The notes beneath the pieces are model-generated. The model was not told the origin of the DNA and did no database searches. It saw nothing but the letters and a program-made list of their open reading frames with translations. Positions 8,114 through 18,126 of a stretch of DNA of 64,000 nucleotides are shown one piece after another; position 1 is the first letter of the stretch; the number at the start of each line of letters is the position of its first letter. Where the stretch lies: contig JBBSZK010000005.1 in NCBI GenBank assembly GCA_038044745.1, positions 12,841-76,840 of the forward strand. Reading direction: 5' to 3'. The position numbers were made by a program, and so were the translations under genes. This DNA is from Nanobdellota archaeon. GTDB taxonomy: Archaea; Nanobdellota; Nanobdellia; Pacearchaeales; GW2011-AR1.

Positions 8114-8465
8114 CATAGTTAACGAGCAACTCGCCACATTTATCAAAGAAGCCAAAAAACGAGGGTTCGACAATCATGAAATACGACAAGCACTCGCGGG
8201 CGAAGGCTGGACGAATGACGAAATCGAACACGCCTTTGAATACACAACAGAAAAACGAGCAAAGAACCAGGTATGTATCTACCTTGACAATATAGTACTC
8301 GCGAAAATAGAAAAACGCGCCAAACGCAATCTTCTCACCACTTCAAAACAAATCGAAGACATCGTACGACGAAGCGCCGTCAATACGAAGGGAACGACGG
8401 TAAAACCAGAAAAATTAGATGACTTGCTTATTTCCATATTTTCTCGAAAGACAAGAAAACGTTAA
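8100..8465 (+). CDS. small putative DNA-binding protein (N-terminal helical module plus RHH-like C-terminal half)
   Basis: The start is GTG. The C-terminal half, NQVCIYLDNIVLAKIEKRAKRNLLTTSKQIEDIVRRS, has a strand-helix-helix pattern. Confidence 0.4.
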   Translation: MQCANIVNEQLATFIKEAKKRGFDNHEIRQALAGEGWTNDEIEHAFEYTTEKRAKNQVCIYLDNIVLAKIEKRAKRNLLTTSKQIEDIVRRSAVNTKGTTVKPEKLDDLLISIFSRKTRKR

Positions 8466-8884
8466 AGAGGCATCTCAGCAAGACGACGGACTTCTGCAAT
8501 CACGCCCGTATATCCAACCGAACCCAAATTACGAGTTTGAATGTAATGGCCCTTCGGGCAGTTTCCTCGCCATGCATACTGAGGGAGTAATCGCGCACAG
8601 CGAATGAGCGCGCGTGCATTACCTGAACGCTCCTGAACATGTAGTTCAATAGGCACCTCACCCCTTCCTGATTCATAGCGAACAGAATAAATTCCATTTT
8701 TTCCGCGGGGGAGAACAATATGTACCGCATCGTCCCCTTCAGCCATAGGAAATAAACAGGGTGCGGCGTTCTTGACGATGTCCCACTCGAGCAACCCATT
8801 CTTCTCAAGTTCACCGAACAACGCGCCTGCTGAGCGCCGTACGTCGGCAGGCATAATACGAAACATCGTACGATGAGTTACCAT
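8462..8884 (-). CDS. hypothetical protein (140 aa)
   Basis: The ATG at 8884 (MVTHRTMFRIMPADV) has CTTTTATAG 21-29 nt upstream. No motif was recognised. Confidence 0.4.
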   Translation of the reverse strand: MVTHRTMFRIMPADVRRSAGALFGELEKNGLLEWDIVKNAAPCLFPMAEGDDAVHIVLPRGKNGIYSVRYESGRGEVPIELHVQERSGNARALIRCARLLPQYAWRGNCPKGHYIQTRNLGSVGYTGVIAEVRRLAEMPL

Positions 8885-8927
8885 ACTGTTCCGCAAAAAT
8901 TAGACTATAAAAGATTATCGAAACGTT

Positions 8928-9389
8928 CTAACGCTTCTTCTTCCAGGCTAAAAATCCAATAAGCACAAAGTACAATATCGGGCCTACTTTAGGAATAATA
9001 GCACCTAAGCTAAACCACCCAGGATAACGAAGTTTATCACAAATACGCCAGAGCGCAATGACGCCCAGCACGACAAGTGCAATCCATCCCAAGATAGGAA
9101 TAAGCACGAGAAATATCCACGCCCAGTGGAACCCGCCTAATTGTAAAATCTGCGCAAAATTGGCAAAGGGTATCCAAGCCAACCAGGGATACTTGTGCCT
9201 AAATTTACGAGCAATCGCCTGCCAGGCAAGCGCATGATAGATATACAATGCAACAAAGAAGATAAGGGCCATAAGAATACCTAGCGCGACAACAAATCCC
9301 ACCATGCCCCCTAAGAACCCTCCCATGAATCCTTGATTAAAGGCATCCATGCCTGGAATATCCGATGCAAATGAAAGCTGTCGATACAT
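8928..9389 (-). CDS. multi-pass membrane protein (153 aa)
   Basis: Four hydrophobic helices and a Trp-rich loop (PWLAWIPFANFAQILQLGGFHWAWIF). CCTTTATAAG lies about 21 nt upstream. Confidence 0.5.
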   Translation of the reverse strand: MYRQLSFASDIPGMDAFNQGFMGGFLGGMVGFVVALGILMALIFFVALYIYHALAWQAIARKFRHKYPWLAWIPFANFAQILQLGGFHWAWIFLVLIPILGWIALVVLGVIALWRICDKLRYPGWFSLGAIIPKVGPILYFVLIGFLAWKKKR

Positions 9390-9430
9390 ACCTGTTCAAG
9401 GGCGAGCACACTTATAAAGGTTTTGCGAGC

Positions 9431-10129
9431 TCACTCCCGATGATAGTCTGCAATCTTTCCTGTCTTGAGTTCAATAGGATCAACTTTTCGCAATCCTCGA
9501 ACAAGGTTAGGAGTAAGTATCTTCTCATGGGGTATCGTCGTCAAATACTCAGGAATAAACCACACATCATCTTCAAACGTCATCCATCCCCGTTTATCGA
9601 ACCGACGTAAATCGACAGGCTGCGAAAACGACCGCAATGTCTTTTTTCCATTCGAATTCAAGAAATATTCATGAAAAAAAGATAACACGAGTTCTCGAAT
9701 ATCTCGATAGACGGGTTCGCGGTAGCGTAACGATGCGTGATTTGATTTGGTTATCGCCCCCCATCGATGTTCTTTCTTAAAAACGGCAATAACATGGTCA
9801 TCATCGTCACGACTGGCCATCATATCGACGATTAACGGTCGATGTCCCTGCAAGCGCAACGCGACCGCCGCAAGGAGCGCACCTTCGATACAGTGTGCCT
9901 TTTTCTCGCGAAGCACCCGACGCGGAGACATACAACTGTCTCCTTTCTCTTCAAAATTAATCTTCAGAGAGTTCAAAAAATCCTGAATCTTGCCGGGCGT
10001 GCTAAGGCTCTTGAGCGTTTTCAACTCGTCTGGACTAAAACCAAAATCCTCTCTTTTCACGTCATCGAAAGAGAACCAAATTATAAAAATCTTTGTTAAA
10101 AAACTAATTCGCTTCAATATCCCTTGCAC
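9431..10129 (-). CDS. transglutaminase-like cysteine peptidase fold protein
   Basis: KAHCIEGALLAAVALRLQGHRPLIV...DDDHVIAVF...WGAITKSN fits the Cys/His/Asp arrangement of the transglutaminase-like superfamily. The start is uncertain: GTG at 10129 or TTG at 10117. Confidence 0.45.
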   Translation of the reverse strand: MQGILKRISFLTKIFIIWFSFDDVKREDFGFSPDELKTLKSLSTPGKIQDFLNSLKINFEEKGDSCMSPRRVLREKKAHCIEGALLAAVALRLQGHRPLIVDMMASRDDDDHVIAVFKKEHRWGAITKSNHASLRYREPVYRDIRELVLSFFHEYFLNSNGKKTLRSFSQPVDLRRFDKRGWMTFEDDVWFIPEYLTTIPHEKILTPNLVRGLRKVDPIELKTGKIADYHRE

Positions 10130-10139
10130 CCATCCTACG

Positions 10140-10149
10140 CTTTAAATAC
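10140..10149 (+). promoter_or_regulatory. TATA box for the beta-propeller gene
   Basis: CTTTAAATAC lies 21-30 nt upstream of the ATG at 10170. Confidence 0.4.
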
Positions 10150-10169
10150 TGATTCGCATTAGGGAAATC

Positions 10170-12572
10170 ATGAACAACAAATTCATGTGGGGAATCGCAG
10201 GAATCGCGCTGATTGCGATTATTATACTCGCAGGCGTTACCACACAAAATGATTCAATCAAGCAATTTAGTTCGACCAGCCAGTTAGAATCCTTCTTAGA
10301 AGCAAATACCGATGAGGCATATGGCGCCTTGAACGAACAATCGACGACAACGCTTGAAAGCGGAAGCTCAGACGGCAAAAGCACACCTGCAAGCGCACCT
10401 GCAAATACCGGTCGTTATTCAACTACGAACGTACAAGTAACGGACGTAGATGAGCCCGATTTTGTAAAGAACGACGGCGAGTATATCTATATCGCCCGAG
10501 ACAACAAACTCCTCATTGTACAGGCCACGCCCGCAGAGAACATGAAAACGCTCGCGGAAATCCCTCTTGAAGGATTCGTCAATAATATCTTTGTAAACGG
10601 AGATACGCTAATTGTGTTTGGAATGAAATACACCGAGTATGCCCTCGGATATAAAGAACGGCCGCTTATCGCCGAAGAAGAAAGCAAAATTGCGTCTACC
10701 ATGCCCGTACCGTTCACCTCAGAGTCGTTTGTCTACATATACACCATACAAGACCGAGCAAACCCTCAGATAGAAAAAGAACTTGTCTATGACGGAAATT
10801 ATCAAGACGCCCGGATGACCAACGGCTATGTCTATGTCATAACTAATCAGCCCTTGCTCCAAGATTCCAATGACGAACTGCTCATGCCCGCAGTACGATA
10901 CAACGGACTTGAAAGCACAATCGAAGCAACCGACATTGCATACTTTCCCGTGCCCGATTACGGATATCAATTAACGACGATATTCGTGCTTGAATTAGAC
11001 GATCTCGCTCGAGAACCGGTCAGAGAATCATTCCTAACAGGATACACACAAACTCTCTATATGTCATCAAGTGCGTTGTACCTCACCGCACCCAAATACG
11101 TTCCGTACGACACCTATGACCAGCGCATGATGGACGAAGTCATTGTTGCAAGCTTAACCGGAGAGGCGCGTGATGAAGCCGAGTCAATTGCAAACAGTAA
11201 TCGTCCCACCTACGAAAAGAATGAACTCATCCAAGACATAATCGCAACAACGTATAACACACTTTCAGATGATGAAAAAGCCGCATTTCAAAAAACAATT
11301 GCAGAGCGATTACAAGCATTCCAACAAGACTGGCGCGCTGAAATGCAAAAAACCGTCATTCATAAAATAACAATTGATGCCGATCGCGTAACCTATGCAG
11401 GAAAAGGAGAAGTCCCAGGACATGTGTTAAGTCAATTTTCCATGGATGAGCACAAGAGTTATTTACGCGTCGCTACCACGACTGATAATTGGTTTGGCGG
11501 ATGGGGCGGACCGATTACGATTGCCATGCGAGGAACCGCAGCAGGTAGTGATGAAGGAGCACCCGTGAGCGTCGAGACACCTGACAAAAGTAATACGCCC
11601 GACGGCACGAATGACCAAGCGATTGAACCCGTGCCCGTACCCGAACCCGACACGACATGGATTCCCGAGATGATTGTCGAACAGGAAACAACGAACAACG
11701 TATATGTGCTTGACGACGATTTGAACCTAGTCGGTTCACTCGAAAACCTTGCCGAAGGTGAAAGAATCTATTCAGCGAGATTCATCGGCGACCGCGTTTA
11801 CTTAGTCACCTTCAAACAAGTTGACCCGCTCTTCGTGATCGACCTTTCCGAACCCTCGAATCCTAAGGTACTCGGTGAGCTCAAAATTCCAGGCTATTCA
11901 ACCTACCTGCATCCGTTTGATGAAAACACGCTTATCGGAATCGGTCAAGATTCAAGTGGCGAGGTTGATGAAGGAGGATTCCAAGCAGCAATTCCCGCAG
12001 GAGTAAAAATAGGTTTGTTTGACGTCAGCGATTCCGAAAACCCGAGAGAAATTGACAGCTATGTCATCGGAGATCGAGGTAGTTACTCGGATGCGCTCTA
12101 CGATCATAAGGCATTCCTCTTTGATAACGAGAAGGGACTATTGGTATTGCCGATAAACGTACAAGAACGTTCACCTGCGAAAGCGCAAGGCATACCTGAA
12201 GAACAGTTCTGGTATCCGACCACGACCACGTTTATGGGCGCATACGTGTTCAAACTTTCACAAGAAAACGGCATTGAACGCCTTGGCACTATAACCCACC
12301 TCACCGCAAGCGAGCAACTCAAAATGGAACAAGCCAAGACAAGCACAGACTATTACTATCCACCTTACGAAGCTCAAATCAGTCGAAGTTTGTACATAGG
12401 AACTACATGGTACACGATTTCCCAACGAAGCGTGCAAGCAAATGCATTGGAGACCTTACAAGAAATAGCCTCGGTTAGTCTTCCCGTTCAAAGTTATGTC
12501 TACAGCTACGCAGAAGACGGAAGTCGTGAAGAAAGCGCAGGCTCCCCTCCTCCTGAACTAACGAGTAGTTAG
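10170..12572 (+). CDS. secreted/anchored beta-propeller domain protein (800 aa)
   Basis: N-terminal anchor WGIAGIALIAIIILAGV. VDEPDFVKNDGEYIYI near the N-terminus and SARFIGDRVYLVTFKQVDPLFVIDLSEPSNPKVLGELKIPGYSTYLHPFDE near the C-terminus are hallmark blocks of the Beta_propel family. Confidence 0.8.
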   Translation: MNNKFMWGIAGIALIAIIILAGVTTQNDSIKQFSSTSQLESFLEANTDEAYGALNEQSTTTLESGSSDGKSTPASAPANTGRYSTTNVQVTDVDEPDFVKNDGEYIYIARDNKLLIVQATPAENMKTLAEIPLEGFVNNIFVNGDTLIVFGMKYTEYALGYKERPLIAEEESKIASTMPVPFTSESFVYIYTIQDRANPQIEKELVYDGNYQDARMTNGYVYVITNQPLLQDSNDELLMPAVRYNGLESTIEATDIAYFPVPDYGYQLTTIFVLELDDLAREPVRESFLTGYTQTLYMSSSALYLTAPKYVPYDTYDQRMMDEVIVASLTGEARDEAESIANSNRPTYEKNELIQDIIATTYNTLSDDEKAAFQKTIAERLQAFQQDWRAEMQKTVIHKITIDADRVTYAGKGEVPGHVLSQFSMDEHKSYLRVATTTDNWFGGWGGPITIAMRGTAAGSDEGAPVSVETPDKSNTPDGTNDQAIEPVPVPEPDTTWIPEMIVEQETTNNVYVLDDDLNLVGSLENLAEGERIYSARFIGDRVYLVTFKQVDPLFVIDLSEPSNPKVLGELKIPGYSTYLHPFDENTLIGIGQDSSGEVDEGGFQAAIPAGVKIGLFDVSDSENPREIDSYVIGDRGSYSDALYDHKAFLFDNEKGLLVLPINVQERSPAKAQGIPEEQFWYPTTTTFMGAYVFKLSQENGIERLGTITHLTASEQLKMEQAKTSTDYYYPPYEAQISRSLYIGTTWYTISQRSVQANALETLQEIASVSLPVQSYVYSYAEDGSREESAGSPPPELTSS

Positions 12573-12581
12573 ATTTATATA
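12573..12581 (+). promoter_or_regulatory. TATA box
   Basis: ATTTATATA lies 30 nt upstream of the ATG at 12603. Confidence 0.45.
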
Positions 12582-12602
12582 GTACTCTGTAAACTTCAAA
12601 AG

Positions 12603-12941
12603 ATGACAATAGCTCCCGCACAAGAATTTGATACTACTCCTGAAATTAAGTATGATAAATCTGGAAGAGCTGTGATGGTCACAACGTACTGCGTCGTCAA
12701 TGGATATTCGTTAGCCAACTCCGATACTAAAATAAGGCCCGATGGAACATACACTGAATCATGCTTTGATGAACATCATGGTATTTGTAGAACAAATGAA
12801 CCCGTTTCTCGGGCGCGATTAGAGGAACTTGATAGACATAACCCAAGAAGCATATCTCTTATAACCGTATTAGGTACAGACAGAGCCACAGTTGAACGCC
12901 ATCTTGCAGAGAGAAAGATAACTGCCCGTCATATTAATTAA
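12603..12941 (+). CDS. hypothetical protein (112 aa)
   Basis: The ORF has a well-placed TATA box. No motif was recognised. Confidence 0.4.
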   Translation: MTIAPAQEFDTTPEIKYDKSGRAVMVTTYCVVNGYSLANSDTKIRPDGTYTESCFDEHHGICRTNEPVSRARLEELDRHNPRSISLITVLGTDRATVERHLAERKITARHIN

Positions 12942-12954
12942 ATTTTCCCGAAAG

Positions 12955-12962
12955 TTTATATA
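12955..12962 (+). promoter_or_regulatory. TATA box
   Basis: TTTATATA lies 29 nt upstream of the ATG at 12984. Confidence 0.45.
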
Positions 12963-12983
12963 GCTCATTTTCTAAAACATCTG

Positions 12984-13376
12984 ATGAAAGGTAAACTCGC
13001 ATACACGATTGTACGAGTTATATTCGGTCTTGCTTGGATATTCTACGGAGCCGTCAAGTTTTTCCCCATGCCTGCTCCCGAATTACCTGCAGCTGCAGTG
13101 GCATTTCTCGGAGCTTTAGGGGCAACAGGCTATATGATCCCGTTTCTAGGAATTGCGGAACTTGCCATAGGACTTATGCTCGTATTCAACCGTTGGGTGC
13201 CCCTCTCAATGATGATTCTATCTCCGATTATGCTCAACATAGTGTTATTCAACCTATTCCTATCATTGAGCCTATCGAGCGCTATCATGCTGCTCATCCT
13301 CGTGCTCATGCAGGTATACATAATGTACTGCACCTGGGACGCCTACAAACCTCTCTTTGGTAGACAAAGGAAATAG
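12984..13376 (+). CDS. DoxX-like membrane protein (130 aa)
   Basis: Four TM helices. The N-terminal RVIFGLAWIFYGAVKF resembles the DoxX signature. Confidence 0.5.
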   Translation: MKGKLAYTIVRVIFGLAWIFYGAVKFFPMPAPELPAAAVAFLGALGATGYMIPFLGIAELAIGLMLVFNRWVPLSMMILSPIMLNIVLFNLFLSLSLSSAIMLLILVLMQVYIMYCTWDAYKPLFGRQRK

Positions 13377-13378
13377 TG

Positions 13379-13804
13379 ATGCGTATACGTGCAACGACAT
13401 TCTGGAAAAAACCCCGATTAATCTGCACACTGCTCTCTCATCTAGTTACGCTTGACCCAACCATATTATTCAAACGTCACGAGCTCTACGTGCTGGAAGA
13501 CAGAAAAAAAGTTTATGGATTCATAGCCCTCAAATACCACTCAAACGCACTCGTTGAACGAGGGTCGTTATACGTCTATCCACACCATCGTAACAAGGGG
13601 TATGGAAAAAAACTTATGAAGTATGTGATAAAAAATCACAAAAATGTCTATGTACTATGCAAGTCAGAAGATAAAAAACTAAAAGAAAAACAAGGATTTC
13701 AGCTCGTCAAGAAGGCCCCGTTCCCGCTTGCCTGGCGACGCGCATTCTACAATAACTACCTGCGCCCCCTTACGGGACAGACGATTATTGCAATGAAGAA
13801 ATAG
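13379..13804 (+). CDS. GNAT-family N-acetyltransferase
   Basis: Acetyl-CoA motif A: YVYPHHRNKGYGKKLMKYV (R-x-x-G-x-G). Confidence 0.65.
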   Translation: MRIRATTFWKKPRLICTLLSHLVTLDPTILFKRHELYVLEDRKKVYGFIALKYHSNALVERGSLYVYPHHRNKGYGKKLMKYVIKNHKNVYVLCKSEDKKLKEKQGFQLVKKAPFPLAWRRAFYNNYLRPLTGQTIIAMKK

Positions 13805-13812
13805 TTCCTTTA

Positions 13813-14355
13813 TCAAAGTTCCCACATAGCAATAACCTTGTTGACCAAGGAATCAAGAAGGCTTTCCTGATAAGTTACAAATGCGCGAATCACCAAAGTT
13901 CTGTCTAAGAGAAGTGTGTACCGCGTTCGAGCTCGCTCTTTAGAGGTACGTATAACGCCATCACGAATCAATCGTGACGTGTGCCATGAAACCGTCGACG
14001 GTGAGAGTCGAGTAAATTGAACAAGATCGTCATGGGTTGAAGACCCATAAAACGCAAGACGCATCATAATCCGACGCAGCGATTGCTGCCGTAAAAGACT
14101 AATCAATTGTATGTCATCAGCAGACGCCTCATGAGGAAAATACCGTAGAGCGTTGTTCTTCTTGCGAACACTAAGTAATCCATGTTTAACAAGAAAGTGT
14201 AAATGATACGTCAACGTGCCATGAGGCATGCCGCTCCGGCGCTCAATTTCACGATAATGACATCCCGGATGTGTTCGTACAAGAGTATACACTTTTTTTC
14301 TCGATTCGAGTTCGAGAAGTTCAGACGTTTTTCGATTGGAGGGAGAAGAGAACAT
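13813..14355 (-). CDS. ArsR-like transcription regulator with two winged-helix domains
   Basis: HYREIERRSGMPHGTLTYHLHFLVKHGLL and HDDLVQFTRLSPSTVSWHTSRLIRDGVI are two HTH-plus-wing units. Confidence 0.65.
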   Translation of the reverse strand: MFSSPSNRKTSELLELESRKKVYTLVRTHPGCHYREIERRSGMPHGTLTYHLHFLVKHGLLSVRKKNNALRYFPHEASADDIQLISLLRQQSLRRIMMRLAFYGSSTHDDLVQFTRLSPSTVSWHTSRLIRDGVIRTSKERARTRYTLLLDRTLVIRAFVTYQESLLDSLVNKVIAMWEL

Positions 14356-14361
14356 AACGCC

Positions 14362-14730
14362 TCACTTCTTCAGAGCACCATAGAAGAATAAGAGCATCGC
14401 CACAAATTCCGCGAGAATAGTAAGCGGATCAAACCACGCAACCTCAGAAAAGAATAATTCAGAAGAAACCAAGAAGTTCTTCATGGAAAAAAGAAAGAAT
14501 GCAAGACTCACGTACAAAATACGCGTTCTACGGTCGCGCGAATAGGCCACAAACGCAAGGACAAACAAAAAGAGTGCAATGAAAGCGTTAATCAAAGCAA
14601 GAATAAGCTCGAGTTCAATACCTGCAAACTCTATATCTCCTTCTTCAGATTGTGCGCTTGAAAGAACAAGGGGGAAAAACAAAAACGTAGTTACAAAAAA
14701 GATACTCAGGAATACACGCATAGCATTCAT
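14362..14730 (-). CDS. membrane protein (122 aa)
   Basis: Signal-like N-terminus plus three TM helices. Confidence 0.45.
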   Translation of the reverse strand: MNAMRVFLSIFFVTTFLFFPLVLSSAQSEEGDIEFAGIELELILALINAFIALFLFVLAFVAYSRDRRTRILYVSLAFFLFSMKNFLVSSELFFSEVAWFDPLTILAEFVAMLLFFYGALKK

Positions 14731-14802
14731 GTTTGTGCTCGTGATGAGAAGTTTTTAAAGATACTGGCTCACGCATCGAACAAACGAAATAAAAAAATAA
14801 TC

Positions 14803-15207
14803 TTAGTCGTCTTCGTCCCCTTCGTCTTCGCGCTCAATACTTAGAACGTTAAAATTCTCGTCAAGATGAACATCGACTTCCGTGCCATCTTCAAGGGTTA
14901 TCTCGATTTCATAATATCCTTCTTCATCGCCGATCTCGCTGTCTGTTACGCGACCTTCGCCGATATAGGCAAGTGCAGCAGCACTCGCACGCTCAAGAAC
15001 GCTGCCCGTAAGAGGCACGTCTACTTCGCTCGCATCTTCGTCATCGTCTAAAACTTGAGACGAACTGCGTTCCCCCAAGACAAGCTGCCCAGGTGTGCCT
15101 GTATCCTGAGTCGATTGCATGTCAAATGCAGTGATAAACGCAGCACTCATCCCAATAAAGAAGACAAGGAGAATTCCTAAGAGAAGTTTATCAATTGTTT
15201 TCGTCAT
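14803..15207 (-). CDS. PepSY-domain secreted protein with acidic linker and tail
   Basis: AAALAYIGEGRVTDSEIGDEEGYYEIEITLEDGTEVDVHLDENFNVL is a PepSY pattern. The ATG at 15207 is preceded by AGGAGGT. Confidence 0.55.
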   Translation of the reverse strand: MTKTIDKLLLGILLVFFIGMSAAFITAFDMQSTQDTGTPGQLVLGERSSSQVLDDDEDASEVDVPLTGSVLERASAAALAYIGEGRVTDSEIGDEEGYYEIEITLEDGTEVDVHLDENFNVLSIEREDEGDEDD

Positions 15208-15286
15208 AGGTAACCTCCTTACAACCATTCATACATACAAAGAGAAACGGTTCTTTATAGATGCCCTAGTTCAACGATCGAATGCG

Positions 15287-15670
15287 TTACTCGACTACAA
15301 TCGTGCCGAAGCCCATGCCCATGGAGCAAGCAAATCTAAAACTGCCCGCCTTGGTTGGCGTAAACGTGATGGTATCCGAAGGATTATTTGACAGGTCTGC
15401 AACCCCCAAATCTCGAATCGTAAACGAACGAAAACAGCCCACCACGCTTGAATCAAGAGTCACTTCGACAGGTTGATTGGCTTTAACCGCAATCGTATTG
15501 GGAAAATAGTTACCATTCTTCATACCTAACGTGACCTGCTGCGCATCTCCTGCGTTGCCCGTAGTAACCACATTTCCATTTATAACACCCTCGCCCGAAT
15601 TAAGGAAAAGAACAGCGCCTGCTAGAACAATAATGCCTACAATCACGGCGATAAACATCGTGTTTTTCAT
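15287..15670 (-). CDS. cupredoxin-like domain protein (127 aa, N-terminal anchor)
   Basis: YFPNTIAVKANQPVEVTLD...FTIRDLG...ITFTPTKAGSFRFACSMGMGFGTIVV matches the Cupredoxin_1 layout, with a Cys/Met-containing C-terminal loop. Confidence 0.55.
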   Translation of the reverse strand: MKNTMFIAVIVGIIVLAGAVLFLNSGEGVINGNVVTTGNAGDAQQVTLGMKNGNYFPNTIAVKANQPVEVTLDSSVVGCFRSFTIRDLGVADLSNNPSDTITFTPTKAGSFRFACSMGMGFGTIVVE

Positions 15671-15778
15671 GCATAAAAAGGTGCAAAACAGCTTTTAAAC
15701 CTGTGGGTGAAACTGATTTCATTAGAAGCAATTAGTTCGAAAAAGATATGTTTAAAACCCCAATATCCAAAAAAAAGC

Positions 15779-16366
15779 ATGCATGAAAGAATTCAAAGCG
15801 CGTATGATACGCTCGATGAAAAACTCCTCAAGGGAGCGAAAGAGAGTCTTAAGGCCTGGAACTCAATCACCGGAAAAACAAAGAGCAGTCTTTCAAATAC
15901 ACTTGTCACAGCAGGGACTATAAGTGCAATAACACCGTTTGCATACGGCTTTTTTGACCCTGAAAAATCGGTCATAACAACCTCCGCACTAGTAGGATCG
16001 ATTGCATCGTGTACGCTTTTTATAGGATTTCACTTTCAAAAGACAAATACTAATACGGAGAAACGAGAACAATCTGCGCTTGAGCGAGGACTCCCTGATG
16101 CAGAGGTTGAAAAAAATAAAAAAGGATACCGTGCTCTTGGAATTCCCGTAATAGGCATAGCCCTGCTTGAAACCGCAATGGGATACGCAAGCACAAGCAA
16201 CACATGGTATATGCTGGCCGGATCATCGGCATTAATGAGTGCTGCGGCATATGTTATGCGCGTTGAAAATCTTCCTCCACAAAAGGACTATCTCCAAAGA
16301 ACAGGCGAGACGCTCGCAAAAAAAATTAAAAGCCTTGTCGACAAACTAAACCCGAAACCTGCCTAG
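15779..16366 (+). CDS. membrane protein
   Basis: I prefer the ATG at 15779 (MHERIQSAYD) because GTTTAAAACC lies about 28 nt upstream. There are several TM helices. Confidence 0.4.
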   Translation: MHERIQSAYDTLDEKLLKGAKESLKAWNSITGKTKSSLSNTLVTAGTISAITPFAYGFFDPEKSVITTSALVGSIASCTLFIGFHFQKTNTNTEKREQSALERGLPDAEVEKNKKGYRALGIPVIGIALLETAMGYASTSNTWYMLAGSSALMSAAAYVMRVENLPPQKDYLQRTGETLAKKIKSLVDKLNPKPA

Positions 16367-16378
16367 AAACCAAAAGAA

Positions 16379-17065
16379 TTATCCAAACAACCCGCTTCTC
16401 GGCCCATACACCATGAGCCATGTCGTAACAAACGCAAGTATAAGCGAAAGACCGATAACGAGTGCCTGACTGTCCGAGCGCTGACGTTGCTCGCGTTTCA
16501 TTTCAGAATAGGTCATATAGTGTAATCCTCCGAGCATCACGATACACACGACAAGCACCAGTACGGAAGCCAAACGCAGATGATCGTTCAACAACATGAC
16601 TGCCGTCATTGCGCCCATAAGCCCACCCATGAACCCCGCCATAGTGCCTTCCATGAACCCCATAATTCCGCATGAACAACTTCCCATCCATGCCCCTAAC
16701 GTAATGCCGACAACCATGCCAAATACGCCCCCTACAAACATACCATTCGTTGCGCCGACGAAAAATCCCGCAAGGAATCCGGCAATCATACCCAACGTCA
16801 TACCAATCATCATACCGGGCATACACGCAAACGTACGATAGGCACGAATATGATGCACCACCGGCACCACACACGCATACCCTACTAACGCAAGTAACAG
16901 AAAGAACCCCTGTGACATCCAAAACGATGCAATAAACCGAAGACGAAGGTAATACAAGATAGCAACAATCGCAAAAGAACTCACCAACGAAAACGCAATC
17001 GTCTTTATCAACTCGCCTTCTACGCGCGTTCCCCCTAACTCATTAAAGAATTCACGGACGCTCAT
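16379..17065 (-). CDS. Gly/Met-rich polytopic membrane protein
   Basis: Repeated GxxxG/GM-rich helices (MPGMMIGMTLGMIAGFLAGFFVG...). The start MSVREFF overlaps the DsbB-like stop by 14 nt. Confidence 0.45.
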   Translation of the reverse strand: MSVREFFNELGGTRVEGELIKTIAFSLVSSFAIVAILYYLRLRFIASFWMSQGFFLLLALVGYACVVPVVHHIRAYRTFACMPGMMIGMTLGMIAGFLAGFFVGATNGMFVGGVFGMVVGITLGAWMGSCSCGIMGFMEGTMAGFMGGLMGAMTAVMLLNDHLRLASVLVLVVCIVMLGGLHYMTYSEMKREQRQRSDSQALVIGLSLILAFVTTWLMVYGPRSGLFG

Positions 17066-17600
17066 GAGCTGCGAGCCTCCCTGCAATAAGAATGAGCACA
17101 AATGCCGTCAACGCCATCATCGGAATCGTAATGTACCCCAATTGAACCACAAACGTTTCCGTGCATGACGCAGAATATCCGAGAGCAGAACAAGGCAAGG
17201 TCACGAGCGGTTTCGGACTCGTCTGAATATAATAATGGAACAATGCAATCGCACCGCCCACTAAAGAAAGAAAGGCGCTATACGGCCAAATACGCGTCGG
17301 CTCACGTCGCCATAACGCTAAAGCAAACAAAAACGGCTGCGGATACATAAATATGCGTTGATACCAGCAGAGGTTGCACGGCTCATACCCAAGAACGTCT
17401 GAATAATATAAACTGCCCAGAGTAGCAACAAGCGACACTACAAACCCGAGCCAAAGCGCGTGTTTTCCAAATTGATGCCATCCACGCCAAACCTGCGCTT
17501 TAAGAGAACCTCGCACTAACAACCTATCTGCAATCCACAGCGCGATAATCACATCGCCCGCTAACGTCAACCAGAGTAAGAGGGTGCTTATAACAGCCAT
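17052..17600 (-). CDS. DsbB/BdbC-family disulfide bond formation protein
   Basis: LYYSDVLGYEPCNLCWYQRIFMYP closely matches the BdbC-type CxxC loop. A second Cys pair (LPCSALGYSASC) lies in the next periplasmic loop. Confidence 0.7.
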   Translation of the reverse strand: MAVISTLLLWLTLAGDVIIALWIADRLLVRGSLKAQVWRGWHQFGKHALWLGFVVSLVATLGSLYYSDVLGYEPCNLCWYQRIFMYPQPFLFALALWRREPTRIWPYSAFLSLVGGAIALFHYYIQTSPKPLVTLPCSALGYSASCTETFVVQLGYITIPMMALTAFVLILIAGRLAAHERP

Positions 17601-17688
17601 TTCCCATAAACTGAAAACTGCTATTTAAGCGTGTGGGTGAAACCAGTTACACCTACAGTCTTAAAAACCGAGAATCCCTTAGTGAAAC

Positions 17689-18126
17689 ATGGTCTTATGC
17701 TGGATAGCCTTGCCCGTTTTTGTCTTACTCGGACTGTTTAGTGTGAAATATAGAAGACTGGCAAAAGAATCACTGGACTGTATCTGGCGTATGACGACCT
17801 TCAGGCCCTGTCGTAGTTCACTTGATGAACGCCTCCGCAGCGATATCACGGGCACGCTCATGAAACGCACACCTCGACTCGCGCGATTATTTTATCATCA
17901 GTACAAGGTAATTAGTATACTCTTCCTTATCTTGATGATAGCAAGCACCTACGTCACCGGTATCGGTATATACAACTATATTCAATACGGCAACTGCAAT
18001 GGAGCAGACTCCACCGCCTTTTGTGTTATTAACGCAGCGCTCGGTCAGCAAACACAAACGCATATAACCGCAAATCAAAGTGCGCTCGACTGTTTCAATC
18101 AGACCACACCGTTTGAACGCCCATGA
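17689..18126 (+). CDS. membrane protein with extracytoplasmic Cys residues
   Basis: Two TM helices. The start/stop overlaps sufS via ATGA. Confidence 0.4.
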   Translation: MVLCWIALPVFVLLGLFSVKYRRLAKESLDCIWRMTTFRPCRSSLDERLRSDITGTLMKRTPRLARLFYHQYKVISILFLILMIASTYVTGIGIYNYIQYGNCNGADSTAFCVINAALGQQTQTHITANQSALDCFNQTTPFERP